Program-made: the position numbers and the translations under genes
Shown: positions 10,004 to 19,557 of the stretch, piece after piece
Layout: each line of letters starts with the position of its first letter
Position numbering within the stretch: the stretch's first letter is position 1
The notes under the pieces: generated by a model
What the model was told of the DNA's origin: nothing
The model's database searches: none
Seen by the model: the letters and a program-made list of their open reading frames with translations, nothing else
Source of the DNA: an uncultured archaeon
GTDB taxonomy: Archaea; Asgardarchaeota; Thorarchaeia; Thorarchaeales; Thorarchaeaceae
NCBI GenBank assembly: GCA_964354495.1
Contig: CAYHAA010000002.1
Coordinates: 60,001-92,000 of the forward strand
Direction of reading: 5' to 3'
DNA length: 32,000 nt

Positions 10004-11125
10004 TCAGTCGTATTGACCTTGAATGTGGTTCAAAACATGGCGGTACATGCTATCCGACACCATCAAAGCAGCCTCCGGAGCTACCGTTGAGGTCTTCTGC
10101 GTCGTAATCTCTATGCCCAGTTCTTCAAAGCTCGTTCTTACTATGTGGAGACCTTCCAGATTCGTCATAAGACCTAATCTAAGAGCCTTGAGAATTTGAT
10201 ATCCGTAGTGAGTCATCCATAGGGCCTCTAAGTGCACGTTGCTACCCCTGACAGGCAAAATGACACCTTCGATTTCTTGCTTTCTTCTCTCAGCAATACA
10301 GGGTATCAGTTTTGATGCTCTGGTCTTTCGCATCCTATCCGTATCAAGGAAGAGTGTGGGTCCCCCATGGTCGAGCTGTTCCTGAAGCAGCTGAATAGCA
10401 TTGTCAAAAACAACACGACGGGCGACCTTGAAAGACATGCTCCCACGTGTACCCTTCAGAAGCCGCCTAGGATTGCCATCAAATCCTGCGAGATCTTCCA
10501 TCCCCAGTCCACCGAGCAGTCCACGCTGAACGCCGAACCAGTCGTCTTCTGCAACAAGGTCCAGTAGTGATTCGATACGTTTCTTGATGCTACTCCATTC
10601 TGTATTGCGTGCAAGATTCGCATACTCAGTCCAGATAATCACTGGGGGTGCTGTCCAAGGAGCACCATCGTTTCTGACCAGTTGAAAGCGTCTGTTTAGC
10701 TCATCTCTAGTCAACACATATCGGAGGAGAGTATCAGCTGACAAAACGACGGAGGAGTCCATTCGGATTGAAGCCCGCAGGAACACAGGAGACAGGTCCA
10801 GACCATGAAGACGGTTTTCTGAGATGTCGACCTCTTTCAGACTGATGCAATCAAGAAGAGGCCAAAGATCTAATCGTGTGATGTGATTGCTTCGAATTCG
10901 GATTTCCCTAAGTGACGAGCAACCTGTTAGAGGTGCGAGGTCGAGTTCGTCAAGCATGTTATGAGATAGATCTAGAATCTGAAGACTGGTGCAACTACCT
11001 ACGTCAGAGAGGTCTATCCGCTTCGCAGCACGCATGACCAAATCAATCTTCACATGCTCTCTGTGGAATTTCGTTTCCTCTTGGCGTCCGTGTGGGCTCC
11101 AGTATCTGATTGTTATTTCTTCCAT
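10004..11125 (-). CDS. Leucine-rich repeat protein (cytoplasmic) with C-terminal helical region
   Basis: LxxLxLxxNxL repeats: LQILDLSHNMLDELDL, LREIRIRSNHITRLDL, LKEVDISENRLHGLDL. Confidence 0.88.
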   Translation of the reverse strand: MEEITIRYWSPHGRQEETKFHREHVKIDLVMRAAKRIDLSDVGSCTSLQILDLSHNMLDELDLAPLTGCSSLREIRIRSNHITRLDLWPLLDCISLKEVDISENRLHGLDLSPVFLRASIRMDSSVVLSADTLLRYVLTRDELNRRFQLVRNDGAPWTAPPVIIWTEYANLARNTEWSSIKKRIESLLDLVAEDDWFGVQRGLLGGLGMEDLAGFDGNPRRLLKGTRGSMSFKVARRVVFDNAIQLLQEQLDHGGPTLFLDTDRMRKTRASKLIPCIAERRKQEIEGVILPVRGSNVHLEALWMTHYGYQILKALRLGLMTNLEGLHIVRTSFEELGIEITTQKTSTVAPEAALMVSDSMYRHVLNHIQGQYD

Positions 11126-11184
11126 GTGTGAGGTGACCTAGAAGTACGTATCAGCACTCCGGATAAATAGAAGCCTATGAAGAC

Positions 11185-11190
11185 AAAAAA
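11185..11190 (-). terminator. Oligo-U tract (archaeal-type terminator) after the LamG/longin gene
   Basis: TTTTTT on the minus strand ~10 nt after stop 11200. A TATA-like TATTTAT follows, before the LRR gene. Confidence 0.4.
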
Positions 11191-11199
11191 GTGATGATG

Positions 11200-14100
11200 C
11201 TAGTGTTCTAGTTCGGCCTTCGATGGAACTACCCTTTCAGAGGCGATCAGGTAGCCTCCGTCAATAGCTTCCAAGACCAAGTTGTGTGATTTTCTGTCAT
11301 TGTGGCCCAATAGCGTCATTGACCTGACTATGAACTCTGGCGTAGCACCTTCTGTAAGGTCTATGGTTGCCATGGTTTCCCTAACAGGGTTCAGATGCTC
11401 AGGAAGGTTGTGGCTGACTCCGACATACCGATTCATGAGAGCTCCGTCAAAGTGGCTATGAAAGATTGGGTCTATGGTTTGATATAGATTGGGACTATTG
11501 ACTAGCTGCTTCACGGTTTCGTTTTCGAAATCATAGAGCTGCCCAATATTCCTCCCAAAGAGTTCCAGTTGGTTCTTCTGCCGCAACGTTGCAGGTTCGA
11601 CCGTTATCATGGCACAGATGAGAACCTCAGTCTGAACAGCAGTGATTACTTCTGTGATGGGTATCGCTGTCCATTTTGGTTCATCCCATGAGAACTCCGC
11701 TCTGAATTGTGACAACGCCGCTATGAAAGAACTGAGAAGAGACTCTTGAAATCCGCCCTTGAGGATTCGGGAATAAACTGGGAGACCAATCGAGCGGTGG
11801 ATAACTAGAATGCCAATCAGATTCCTCGCATCCTCGAGACGGCCTCTCAATGCCAGGAGTTCCAGGTTTCTGTGTGATGTGGTTAGCACATAGATGCGTC
11901 GACTGACCGTTATGACGGCGAACGCAGCAAATACAGCTAGAGCGCCGAGAAGGGTGGCTCGGGCTGTGATGATGAATAGCGACTCAGCAACAGGAATGCT
12001 CACGTTGATTGAGCAGTTGTTCATCTCATAGTAGGGCATGCTCACAGACACAAGGAGAACGAATTCACCTGTGCCAACTAACGAGGAGTTGAAATCAGCT
12101 TCCCACCAGCCTTTTGCAAGATTGGGATTGAACTGAACATTATGAGTAGACCAGTTTCCAACGACACTGGCACCACTGAGGATAGGATTGCCATTGTCCT
12201 GATCATAAAGTGAAATAGTCGCAGTGAACAGTTCCCCAGGTTCGATGTCTATGCTTGGAGTTTGAGCGAATACTGTCAGTCTATGGTACAGCTCGAATGC
12301 GACTGAACCAAATGCAAGCTCCGTACCATTCTGCCACGACACTGAAACCATCCATTCTCCAATTGTTGCGTTATTCGGCCCCAACGTGACGCCTTCGGTT
12401 TGGATAGACGACGTGTTCAAACTAACGACAGTTTCGCTGAACCATAGGGCTCCGTTTGGCAAGTACCAATCAGCCTTCACTTCGAACACAGGAGAAGTGA
12501 GTTCAGACACTGCACCAATGAGGGCATCGCAACGGATTCGGTCGCTGCTTTGAAACATAGCTTCGTCCTTCCATGTCGATGAGGGCTCTCTGAGAACTTG
12601 AGTTGACATTGACAATAGATAGTTCTGTGCCATCAACTGGACTTTCCACCAGCCCACAGTGCTCGCTACACCAGATGGGATTTCCAGGCAGCCAGATTCA
12701 GCCAGCGCCTCAGTGGTGAGGTCATTGCCGATAGGATCTTCCACAGATGGGCCATACCAATCAACGGGATAGTGTACGACAAAACCCAAGTCCTTGGCTT
12801 CAGGGTAGGATACAATATATGTGAAGATGAACAGCTTGGCATTTTGGTTGAGTTCGATTTCGTATGCGACGCCCAATTCATCAAGACTCGTTGAGAATGA
12901 GGAGTTGTAGAATCGCGTCATCCGCGTAACCGAAGCCGAGTATTCAAAGATGATACTGGCATTTGATGTGAAGGCAAAAGGAATTGCAGCCTTCTCCCAG
13001 TAGGTATTGTTCAGGCAAATCGTTCCTGAATTCGATTCTCCCTGTATCGAGAAGTCGCCCATGGGTTCAACAGAAACATGCAGGTCGACATCTGCCGGTC
13101 TTGGATGCTGCAGTGTTGTAAGAGAAATGTCGTCCACTAGGAAGGTGATATACCTCGCATTTGCTGGGTCGCCATCTAGATCAGGGTCCGTATCTAAAAT
13201 ATCAATATAGGTCGAGTTTGCGTCGACCATGAAACAGGCTCTTACCTCAAAGGTAGAGAGGCCCTCAGGCAAATCTACCACCATGGAATCGGCCTCATTC
13301 CAAACATCTCGCTGAGTTATGTTGGTAGGACCTATTGACCAATTCCATAGGATCGATGAACCATTCATGATTTGAAAACCAAACTTGAAACTGGCACCGT
13401 AGTTCTGTCCAATTGGGCCCCTTTCATACAGATACTTCATACTGAACTGAAACTGAACGTGGTCGTCACTATTATTTACAAACTGATACCAGTAGATCTT
13501 AGTGCCACTGTAGTAACGGTAAATGCCCGGCGATGACACATTCTCATAGCCTTCGCATTCCATAGTCACGTAGTTTGGATCGGAGTTGCTGTAAGAAACA
13601 CGTTGGTAGCCATGAGTATCGATGATTTCCCGGCGTGCTCGCCAACCATAGGGATAGCAACTAGCATCGCCAGTCCAATCTACGGCGGTACCTGGAATTC
13701 CGTTATCAAGCGAGCCATTCAAGACACTGAGAAGCTCCAGATCACGAATGTCGATACTGATTTGCCCAGCCTTCCATCCTCCAGTCCCTAAGGGCACATC
13801 GTGGCTGAATACACAATCGCCTGCTGGGACAAGAGTAGTGCCGTCTGCTGAATCTGTGAGTGTGTCTTCAAATTGATAGTAGTGTACGAGACCTGATTCA
13901 GAGCCTGCAAGAGGCATCATGTAGTCGCTCCTCAAGTCGTCCAGACTTCTCTGAATTGAATAGTATCTGAACTCGTCAACATGACCATCGACGCGATAGC
14001 TTGAACTTCCTCGCGAACTCATTATACAATTCTGGGTAAACAGACCCGACACAGAACCACTCCATGTCAATGAGGCTTCTTCAACAGGCTCCGTGTCTTC

Positions 14101-14700
14101 ATCTCCCCAATATGCGGCCAAGGAATTGATTGTCTGGTCCCAGGTTATCGCGATGAAATACCAGTGGTCTGTTGACCAGCTAGATTTGGTTCCTATGAGA
14201 GTGTTATCGCTCCCCCAGTCAAGAGCCAGTCTATTGCCAGTCCATCTTGTTTCGAAATTGGCATGTTGCCCCCAAAAACGGCCATTGGGTGCCATGAGGT
14301 CCCATTTTAGCCAAAGCGAAATTGTTCCTACAGGTGATGCAAAACTCGTACTTCCTCCAGAGCCGACTAAGAAGTGACCCCCAACGCATTCCGCGGAGTA
14401 TTGATTGCCGCTGGCTCCCGCAGGCAGATAGACAACAGAACCTGGAGTAGGAGATACATCGGTTCGCGCAGTAGCGTAAGTTGATGGCCAAGCGGGAGTC
14501 GCTATATGCTCAACCAAAACGGGATCGAGGACTCCTGTCTGTTTGTCTTTCACAGCATAAAACTCCTGAGAGAGATTCCCATTCTGCTTGTGATTTGAAT
14601 GCTCCAGTAGGCAAGCATCTTGGGGGAAATAGCATATCGATAGCATGAGAACTAGCATGATGCATATTAGAGGAAATGTCATTTCGATCCGAAGTCCCAA
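11200..14700 (-). CDS. Single-pass receptor-like surface protein: signal peptide, LamG/ConA-like domain, beta-rich core, Ig-like domain, TM, cytoplasmic longin/roadblock-like domain plus helical tail
   Basis: GTISLWLKW...WYFIAITWD...DGHVDEFRYYS...LVHYYQFE (LamG-like). TM ATLLGALAVFAAFAVITV followed by basic SRR. Cytoplasmic IGILVIHRSIGLPVYS...LLSSFIAALSQF (longin-like pattern). GAGGAGG lies 7 nt before TTG 14700. Confidence 0.85.
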   Translation of the reverse strand: MGLRIEMTFPLICIMLVLMLSICYFPQDACLLEHSNHKQNGNLSQEFYAVKDKQTGVLDPVLVEHIATPAWPSTYATARTDVSPTPGSVVYLPAGASGNQYSAECVGGHFLVGSGGSTSFASPVGTISLWLKWDLMAPNGRFWGQHANFETRWTGNRLALDWGSDNTLIGTKSSWSTDHWYFIAITWDQTINSLAAYWGDEDTEPVEEASLTWSGSVSGLFTQNCIMSSRGSSSYRVDGHVDEFRYYSIQRSLDDLRSDYMMPLAGSESGLVHYYQFEDTLTDSADGTTLVPAGDCVFSHDVPLGTGGWKAGQISIDIRDLELLSVLNGSLDNGIPGTAVDWTGDASCYPYGWRARREIIDTHGYQRVSYSNSDPNYVTMECEGYENVSSPGIYRYYSGTKIYWYQFVNNSDDHVQFQFSMKYLYERGPIGQNYGASFKFGFQIMNGSSILWNWSIGPTNITQRDVWNEADSMVVDLPEGLSTFEVRACFMVDANSTYIDILDTDPDLDGDPANARYITFLVDDISLTTLQHPRPADVDLHVSVEPMGDFSIQGESNSGTICLNNTYWEKAAIPFAFTSNASIIFEYSASVTRMTRFYNSSFSTSLDELGVAYEIELNQNAKLFIFTYIVSYPEAKDLGFVVHYPVDWYGPSVEDPIGNDLTTEALAESGCLEIPSGVASTVGWWKVQLMAQNYLLSMSTQVLREPSSTWKDEAMFQSSDRIRCDALIGAVSELTSPVFEVKADWYLPNGALWFSETVVSLNTSSIQTEGVTLGPNNATIGEWMVSVSWQNGTELAFGSVAFELYHRLTVFAQTPSIDIEPGELFTATISLYDQDNGNPILSGASVVGNWSTHNVQFNPNLAKGWWEADFNSSLVGTGEFVLLVSVSMPYYEMNNCSINVSIPVAESLFIITARATLLGALAVFAAFAVITVSRRIYVLTTSHRNLELLALRGRLEDARNLIGILVIHRSIGLPVYSRILKGGFQESLLSSFIAALSQFRAEFSWDEPKWTAIPITEVITAVQTEVLICAMITVEPATLRQKNQLELFGRNIGQLYDFENETVKQLVNSPNLYQTIDPIFHSHFDGALMNRYVGVSHNLPEHLNPVRETMATIDLTEGATPEFIVRSMTLLGHNDRKSHNLVLEAIDGGYLIASERVVPSKAELEH

Positions 14701-14947
14701 GAGCTAGCCTCCTCAACCACGCAAGTCAGACTGCTAATGCAATATTATGAGAATAGCGAGCAATCCGACTCACCAATTTTCTCTGAAAGACTAATTTGCG
14801 TGCGATTAACATGCTTGTTCAGGTATTTCAGATAATGTTGGTTAGACCTTCCAAGCTATTCGCGAATGTTTCTACTAGTAAAGAGCTTGGACGAACTACA
14901 CAAATCATGTTCTTTGAAGTACAGGGCGCATCAAATGAGCAAAGTGA

Positions 14948-16414
14948 CTATATCAAGCCCACTTTTGCATTGAACTCATTGATCAACTTGTCAATCTTGG
15001 GCGTCAACTGCTGGATTCGCTCCCAATACGTTGGATAGTCATACCATTGAGCATTGAGCTCATCCAGTTCCATCCCCTGCTGTTCAATCCAAGTATAGTA
15101 CTTTAGATGATGAACCCTCTTCCTATCGTAGTGACTCAGTTCAATCATGGCATCTGTCTTCTGAGCCATCAAGTGGCCATAGTAGTCTCTTGTGCTCCGC
15201 TCGGACGTATATCGTCCATAGGCTGATTGCGCCTCCAGCATCCTTGACCTGTACATATCCATTGAATCTGTAAAGACTGTAAGCACAACGTCATGCTCAG
15301 TCAGTTCGTAGTACTTCGCAAACTTCACCGCCATTAGTAAATTCGCTATACTCGAGATGCCCAGCAGTCCAAGCTGCATGACTATCTTCTCGGGCGCGCC
15401 AATTTCGTTAATGAGGTACTTGCGACCTTCAGGTTCATTGAAGAGCCGCATCACGTTTAGCGAATCAGCATCGTCAATTGCGATGACCAGGTCTGTATTG
15501 CGAACATTGTGTATCCAGGGAACATGCTTATCCCCAATACCTTCGATTCGATGAGCACCATATCCATTGAGCCAAAGAGTGGGGCACTGAACAGCCTCTC
15601 CTGCAGCAATCTTTGAGGCGGGATAGAGCTGTTTCATAAGGTCACCACAGGCAATAGTACCTGCAGACCCTGTAGTGAGGCATACACCGCGATAAGTGTC
15701 ATTTCCAAATCTATGGTTCAGAATCTCCTCCATTGCATGTCCTGTGACCTCATAGTGGAAGAGGTAGTTGCCAAACTCTGCGAACTGATTGAAGATGAAG
15801 ACATTCTCTCGAGTCGCCTTGAGCTCGGCGACCTTATCATAGATCTCTTTGACATTGCTCTCCGAACCCCGCGTCTTGATGATCTCTCCAGCGACAGTCT
15901 TGAGCCAATCAAAGCGTTCCTGACTCATTTCCTCAGGCAGGATGGCGATGCTCTCGCAACCAAGAAGCGCTGCGTCGTATGCACCACCACGACAGTAATT
16001 CCCTGTCGAAGGCCAGACTGCTTTGTGGTGAGTAGGATCGAACTGGCCGGTAACAAGACGGGGGACTAGGCAGCCAAATGAGGCTCCGACCTTGTGCGCT
16101 CCGGTAGGGAACCATTTGCCAACAAGTGCAATGATTCTTGCCTCAACACCCGTGAGTTCGGTTGGCATCTCCATATAGTTTGCCAGTTGCTGAAACTGAC
16201 CACCCTTTTCAACAGGCTCGTTCTTCCAAGTGATTCGAAACAGATTTTGTGGAACGACGTCCCAGAGGCCTATGCCTTTGAGTTCATCTTTGATTCTCTT
16301 TGGAGCCTTTCTTGGATTCTTCATCTGCACAAAAGTGGGTATCACAATGTTCCGTTCGCGACAACGCTCAACTGTTCTCATGAGCTGATTCTCGTTCTTT
16401 GTGAGGTCGATCAT
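14948..16414 (-). CDS. Fold-type II PLP-dependent enzyme (cysteine synthase/Trp synthase beta superfamily), substrate unknown
   Basis: PTGAHKVG (PLP Lys), PSTGNY, TTGSAGT (phosphate loop), HRIEGIG. Start placed at ATG 16414 (GAGG upstream). Confidence 0.82.
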   Translation of the reverse strand: MIDLTKNENQLMRTVERCRERNIVIPTFVQMKNPRKAPKRIKDELKGIGLWDVVPQNLFRITWKNEPVEKGGQFQQLANYMEMPTELTGVEARIIALVGKWFPTGAHKVGASFGCLVPRLVTGQFDPTHHKAVWPSTGNYCRGGAYDAALLGCESIAILPEEMSQERFDWLKTVAGEIIKTRGSESNVKEIYDKVAELKATRENVFIFNQFAEFGNYLFHYEVTGHAMEEILNHRFGNDTYRGVCLTTGSAGTIACGDLMKQLYPASKIAAGEAVQCPTLWLNGYGAHRIEGIGDKHVPWIHNVRNTDLVIAIDDADSLNVMRLFNEPEGRKYLINEIGAPEKIVMQLGLLGISSIANLLMAVKFAKYYELTEHDVVLTVFTDSMDMYRSRMLEAQSAYGRYTSERSTRDYYGHLMAQKTDAMIELSHYDRKRVHHLKYYTWIEQQGMELDELNAQWYDYPTYWERIQQLTPKIDKLINEFNAKVGLI

Positions 16415-16697
16415 GCTTCTTTCCTCGGATCTTTGACATATACTTGACAAGTGACTTTCGCCGAAGATGAAATACTTGAACAGTGGAATTTGGGAAAAGG
16501 CTTTCGGATTCCCCGAAGGTCAAAGAGCACGCCACTACAGACAGGTTATTAATGCATAAGATATGATATTAGAGCAGTGTCAGAAGTTCTCTGACCTCAT
16601 TGAATTGGCTACTGCATTTCATTCAATTGATTTGGTCTGGATACTAGGCATTCGCCTTGACCACATCTGAATGTCAGCACAGGTGAGTTGACGTTTC

Positions 16698-19433
16698 ATG
16701 ACAAAAACGAAGAGTAAGTATGTCTTCAAATTCGGCGCAGGCCGAGCCGATGGGAATGACACGATGAAGAACCTACTTGGAGGAAAAGGGGCCTCGCTTG
16801 CTGGTGCTACCCTCCTTGGACTGCCGGTCCCCCCTGGTTTTACAATTTCGACAGAAGTCTGTAATCTCTACCTTAAGACAGGTGGCTTCAGCGAGGAAAT
16901 GAAGCGTGAGGTCAAGGATGCTCTACGCTTCCTTGAAAAAGCCATGGAGAAGGAGTTCGGAGGTTCCACAAATCCTCTCCTGGTTTCATGTCGCTCAGGG
17001 GCTCGTCAGAGCATGCCAGGGATGATGGAAACCGTATTGAATGTTGGCCTCACCACGTCGACAATTCCCGGTCTGATCGAAATAACGAATAACGAGAGAT
17101 TCGTATATGATTCCTACCGCAGACTCATCATGATGTACAGTGACGTCGTCATGGAGAAAGCTGCCGGAATTGAGCCGGAAGAAGGGCATGGAATCAGACG
17201 ACAGATGGAGCGGCTGCTTGAAGCAAAGAAGAAGCAGGCCGGTTGCCTGACTGACACTTGCCTTAATGTTGAGCAGCTAAGAGAGCTCTGTGATGAGTTC
17301 AAGGATGCAGTGAAGAAGACACTCGGGAAGGAGTTCCCTGATGATCCATACGTGCAGCTCTGGGGGGCAGTGGGTGCCGTATTCAAGTCTTGGGGAGGTG
17401 CACGAGCAGTTGCATACCGACGCATCGAGAACATCCCCGATGATTGGGGCACTGCATGCACAGTGCAATCCATGGTCTTTGGAAATATGGGCGACCACAG
17501 TGCCACGGGTGTTGCTTTCTCAAGAAACCCAGCAACTGGAGCCAACAAGTTCTACGGTGAGTTCTTGATCAACGCCCAAGGAGAGGATGTCGTCGCTGGA
17601 ACACGCACTCCCAATGCCATGAATGAGGAGAGCAAGAATGAGCAGAGCAAAGACCTGCCAACTCTTGAAGAAGTAATGCCTGAAGTGTACAATGAGCTTG
17701 TGGGGATTCGGGATACCCTCGAGAAAGATACCAAGGATATGATAGACCTTGAGTTCACGATTCAAGAGAACAAGCTGTTTCTGGTTCAACACCGCGTGGG
17801 AAAGAGGACAGCGACTGCAGCGCTGAACATTGCCATGGACATGTTCCATAGTGGCTTCATCGATGAGCCCGCGGCAATCCTGCGAGTAGCTCCGGAGCAA
17901 TTGGGGCAGCTTCTATACCCAATTCTTGATCCGGAAGCAGAAGCAAAAGCCACTCCTATCGCACGAGGGCTTCCAGCTGGTCCCGGCGGTGCATTTGGGC
18001 AAATCGTCTTCACTTCAGAAGACGCTTTGGAGTGGACCAGGCGTGGCAAGAAGGTAGTTCTCATTCGTGAAGAAACCTCCCCCGAAGACATTGAGGGAAT
18101 GCGAGCGGCTAATGCCGTGCTGACAGCGCGTGGAGGCATGACAAGCCATGCAGCGCTGGTCACACGAGGGTGGGGCAAGTGCTGTATTGTGGGAGCATCG
18201 GGACTGGATATCAATACCTTTGAGAAGACCGTCAGCATAGGTGGAAAGCACTACAGAGAGGGAAACACACTCACGCTGAATGGCACGCAAGGCCTCGTCT
18301 ATGATGGTCAGTTGCCCATGAAAGAGGCCACAGAGAATCCGAGATTGAAGGAGTTCATGGGCCTCATTGATAAGTACAGAAGACTCGGAGTGCGAGCAAA
18401 TGCGGACACACCACATGATGCAAAAGTTGCATTGGGTTTCGGAGCCGAAGGCATAGGGCTTTTCCGAACCGAGCACATGTTCTATGGAGAGGGAAGCGAC
18501 GAACCATTGTTTCTGCTTCGCAAAATGATTCTGAGCAATACGCGCTCAGAACGACTTCATGCTCTAAAGGAACTTGCTCCCTTTGTGAAGCAGGACATCA
18601 AGTCGACACTCGAAGTTATGAATGGACTGCCGGTCACTATCAGGCTTCTCGACCCGCCACTGCACGAGTTCGTTCCACAAAGCAAGTTCGGCCAAGAAAA
18701 GCTCGCGCTGGCACTTGGAATCAGCCCGGAAGAGGTCCACAAGAGGGGGGAACAGATTCATGAAAATAACCCGATGATGGGACACCGTGGTGTGCGTCTG
18801 GGTATTACATATCCTGAGGTCTATGAGATGCAAGTCCGAGCGATGCTTGAGGCCGGTGCAGAACTCATCAAGAAGGGAAAGAAGGTCCACCTTGAAATCA
18901 TGATTCCAGTCACAATCGGAGCGGCTGAATTGACAACCATGGAACTCATCGTTCACCGGGTCTATGATGAAGTCAAGAGCGAAGTGGGTGTTGATGTCCC
19001 ATACCTGTATGGCACAATGATAGAGACTCCTCGTGCATGTATGCGTGCCGGAGACATGGCCCAGAGTGCGGAGTTCTTCTCCTTTGGGACGAATGATCTC
19101 TCACAGATGGCCTTTGGTTTTAGCAGAGATGACATCGAATCATTTCTACCACAGTACCTTGAGCTACATATCTTGAGAAATGACCCGTTCAAGAGCATAG
19201 ACAAGCGTGGTGTCGGGCAATTGATGGAAATCGCCATTGAGCGAGGCAGAAAGACCAGACCTGGCCTGAAGCTGGGCGTCTGTGGCGAACATGGCGGCGA
19301 TTCGAGGTCTGTGGAGTTCTTCCACGAAATAGGTCTAGACTATGTTTCATGCTCTCCGTATCGATTGCCGATTGCTCGTCTTGCAGCCGCACAGGCGGCA
19401 ATAAAGGAAAAGCAGGAGAGAAAGCTGAAGTAG
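16698..19433 (+). CDS. ppdK: Pyruvate, phosphate dikinase
   Basis: LLGGKGA, PLLVSCRSGA..SMPGMM, RGGMTSHAA (phospho-His), GIGLFRTEHMF, FSFGTNDL, GVCGEHGG. Confidence 0.98.
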   Translation: MTKTKSKYVFKFGAGRADGNDTMKNLLGGKGASLAGATLLGLPVPPGFTISTEVCNLYLKTGGFSEEMKREVKDALRFLEKAMEKEFGGSTNPLLVSCRSGARQSMPGMMETVLNVGLTTSTIPGLIEITNNERFVYDSYRRLIMMYSDVVMEKAAGIEPEEGHGIRRQMERLLEAKKKQAGCLTDTCLNVEQLRELCDEFKDAVKKTLGKEFPDDPYVQLWGAVGAVFKSWGGARAVAYRRIENIPDDWGTACTVQSMVFGNMGDHSATGVAFSRNPATGANKFYGEFLINAQGEDVVAGTRTPNAMNEESKNEQSKDLPTLEEVMPEVYNELVGIRDTLEKDTKDMIDLEFTIQENKLFLVQHRVGKRTATAALNIAMDMFHSGFIDEPAAILRVAPEQLGQLLYPILDPEAEAKATPIARGLPAGPGGAFGQIVFTSEDALEWTRRGKKVVLIREETSPEDIEGMRAANAVLTARGGMTSHAALVTRGWGKCCIVGASGLDINTFEKTVSIGGKHYREGNTLTLNGTQGLVYDGQLPMKEATENPRLKEFMGLIDKYRRLGVRANADTPHDAKVALGFGAEGIGLFRTEHMFYGEGSDEPLFLLRKMILSNTRSERLHALKELAPFVKQDIKSTLEVMNGLPVTIRLLDPPLHEFVPQSKFGQEKLALALGISPEEVHKRGEQIHENNPMMGHRGVRLGITYPEVYEMQVRAMLEAGAELIKKGKKVHLEIMIPVTIGAAELTTMELIVHRVYDEVKSEVGVDVPYLYGTMIETPRACMRAGDMAQSAEFFSFGTNDLSQMAFGFSRDDIESFLPQYLELHILRNDPFKSIDKRGVGQLMEIAIERGRKTRPGLKLGVCGEHGGDSRSVEFFHEIGLDYVSCSPYRLPIARLAAAQAAIKEKQERKLK

Positions 19434-19464
19434 ACCAACCTCTGAGAGATCGCTGTGAACAATG

Positions 19465-19510
19465 TACACGTGAAGATGAAGATATTGTCTCCTTTCCATC
19501 TTCACGTGTA
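19465..19510. terminator. Perfect 14-bp inverted repeat between convergent genes (possible bidirectional terminator or RNA stem)
   Basis: TACACGTGAAGATG (19465-19478) / CATCTTCACGTGTA (19497-19510), 18-nt loop. Confidence 0.5.
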
Positions 19511-19557
19511 GTAAGCGAACCGAACTAGGATGATATAGCTGGGCTCTTCTCACCTTC

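Noticed and set aside
16451-16697. Small hairpins in the PLP enzyme/ppdK divergent spacer
   Set aside because: Stems of only 5-6 bp with no nested architecture; compatible with chance.
19465-19510. SECIS element for the upstream UGA
   Set aside because: No RUGA/GA kink-turn core, and the archaeal GAA/A loop lacks the opposing A.
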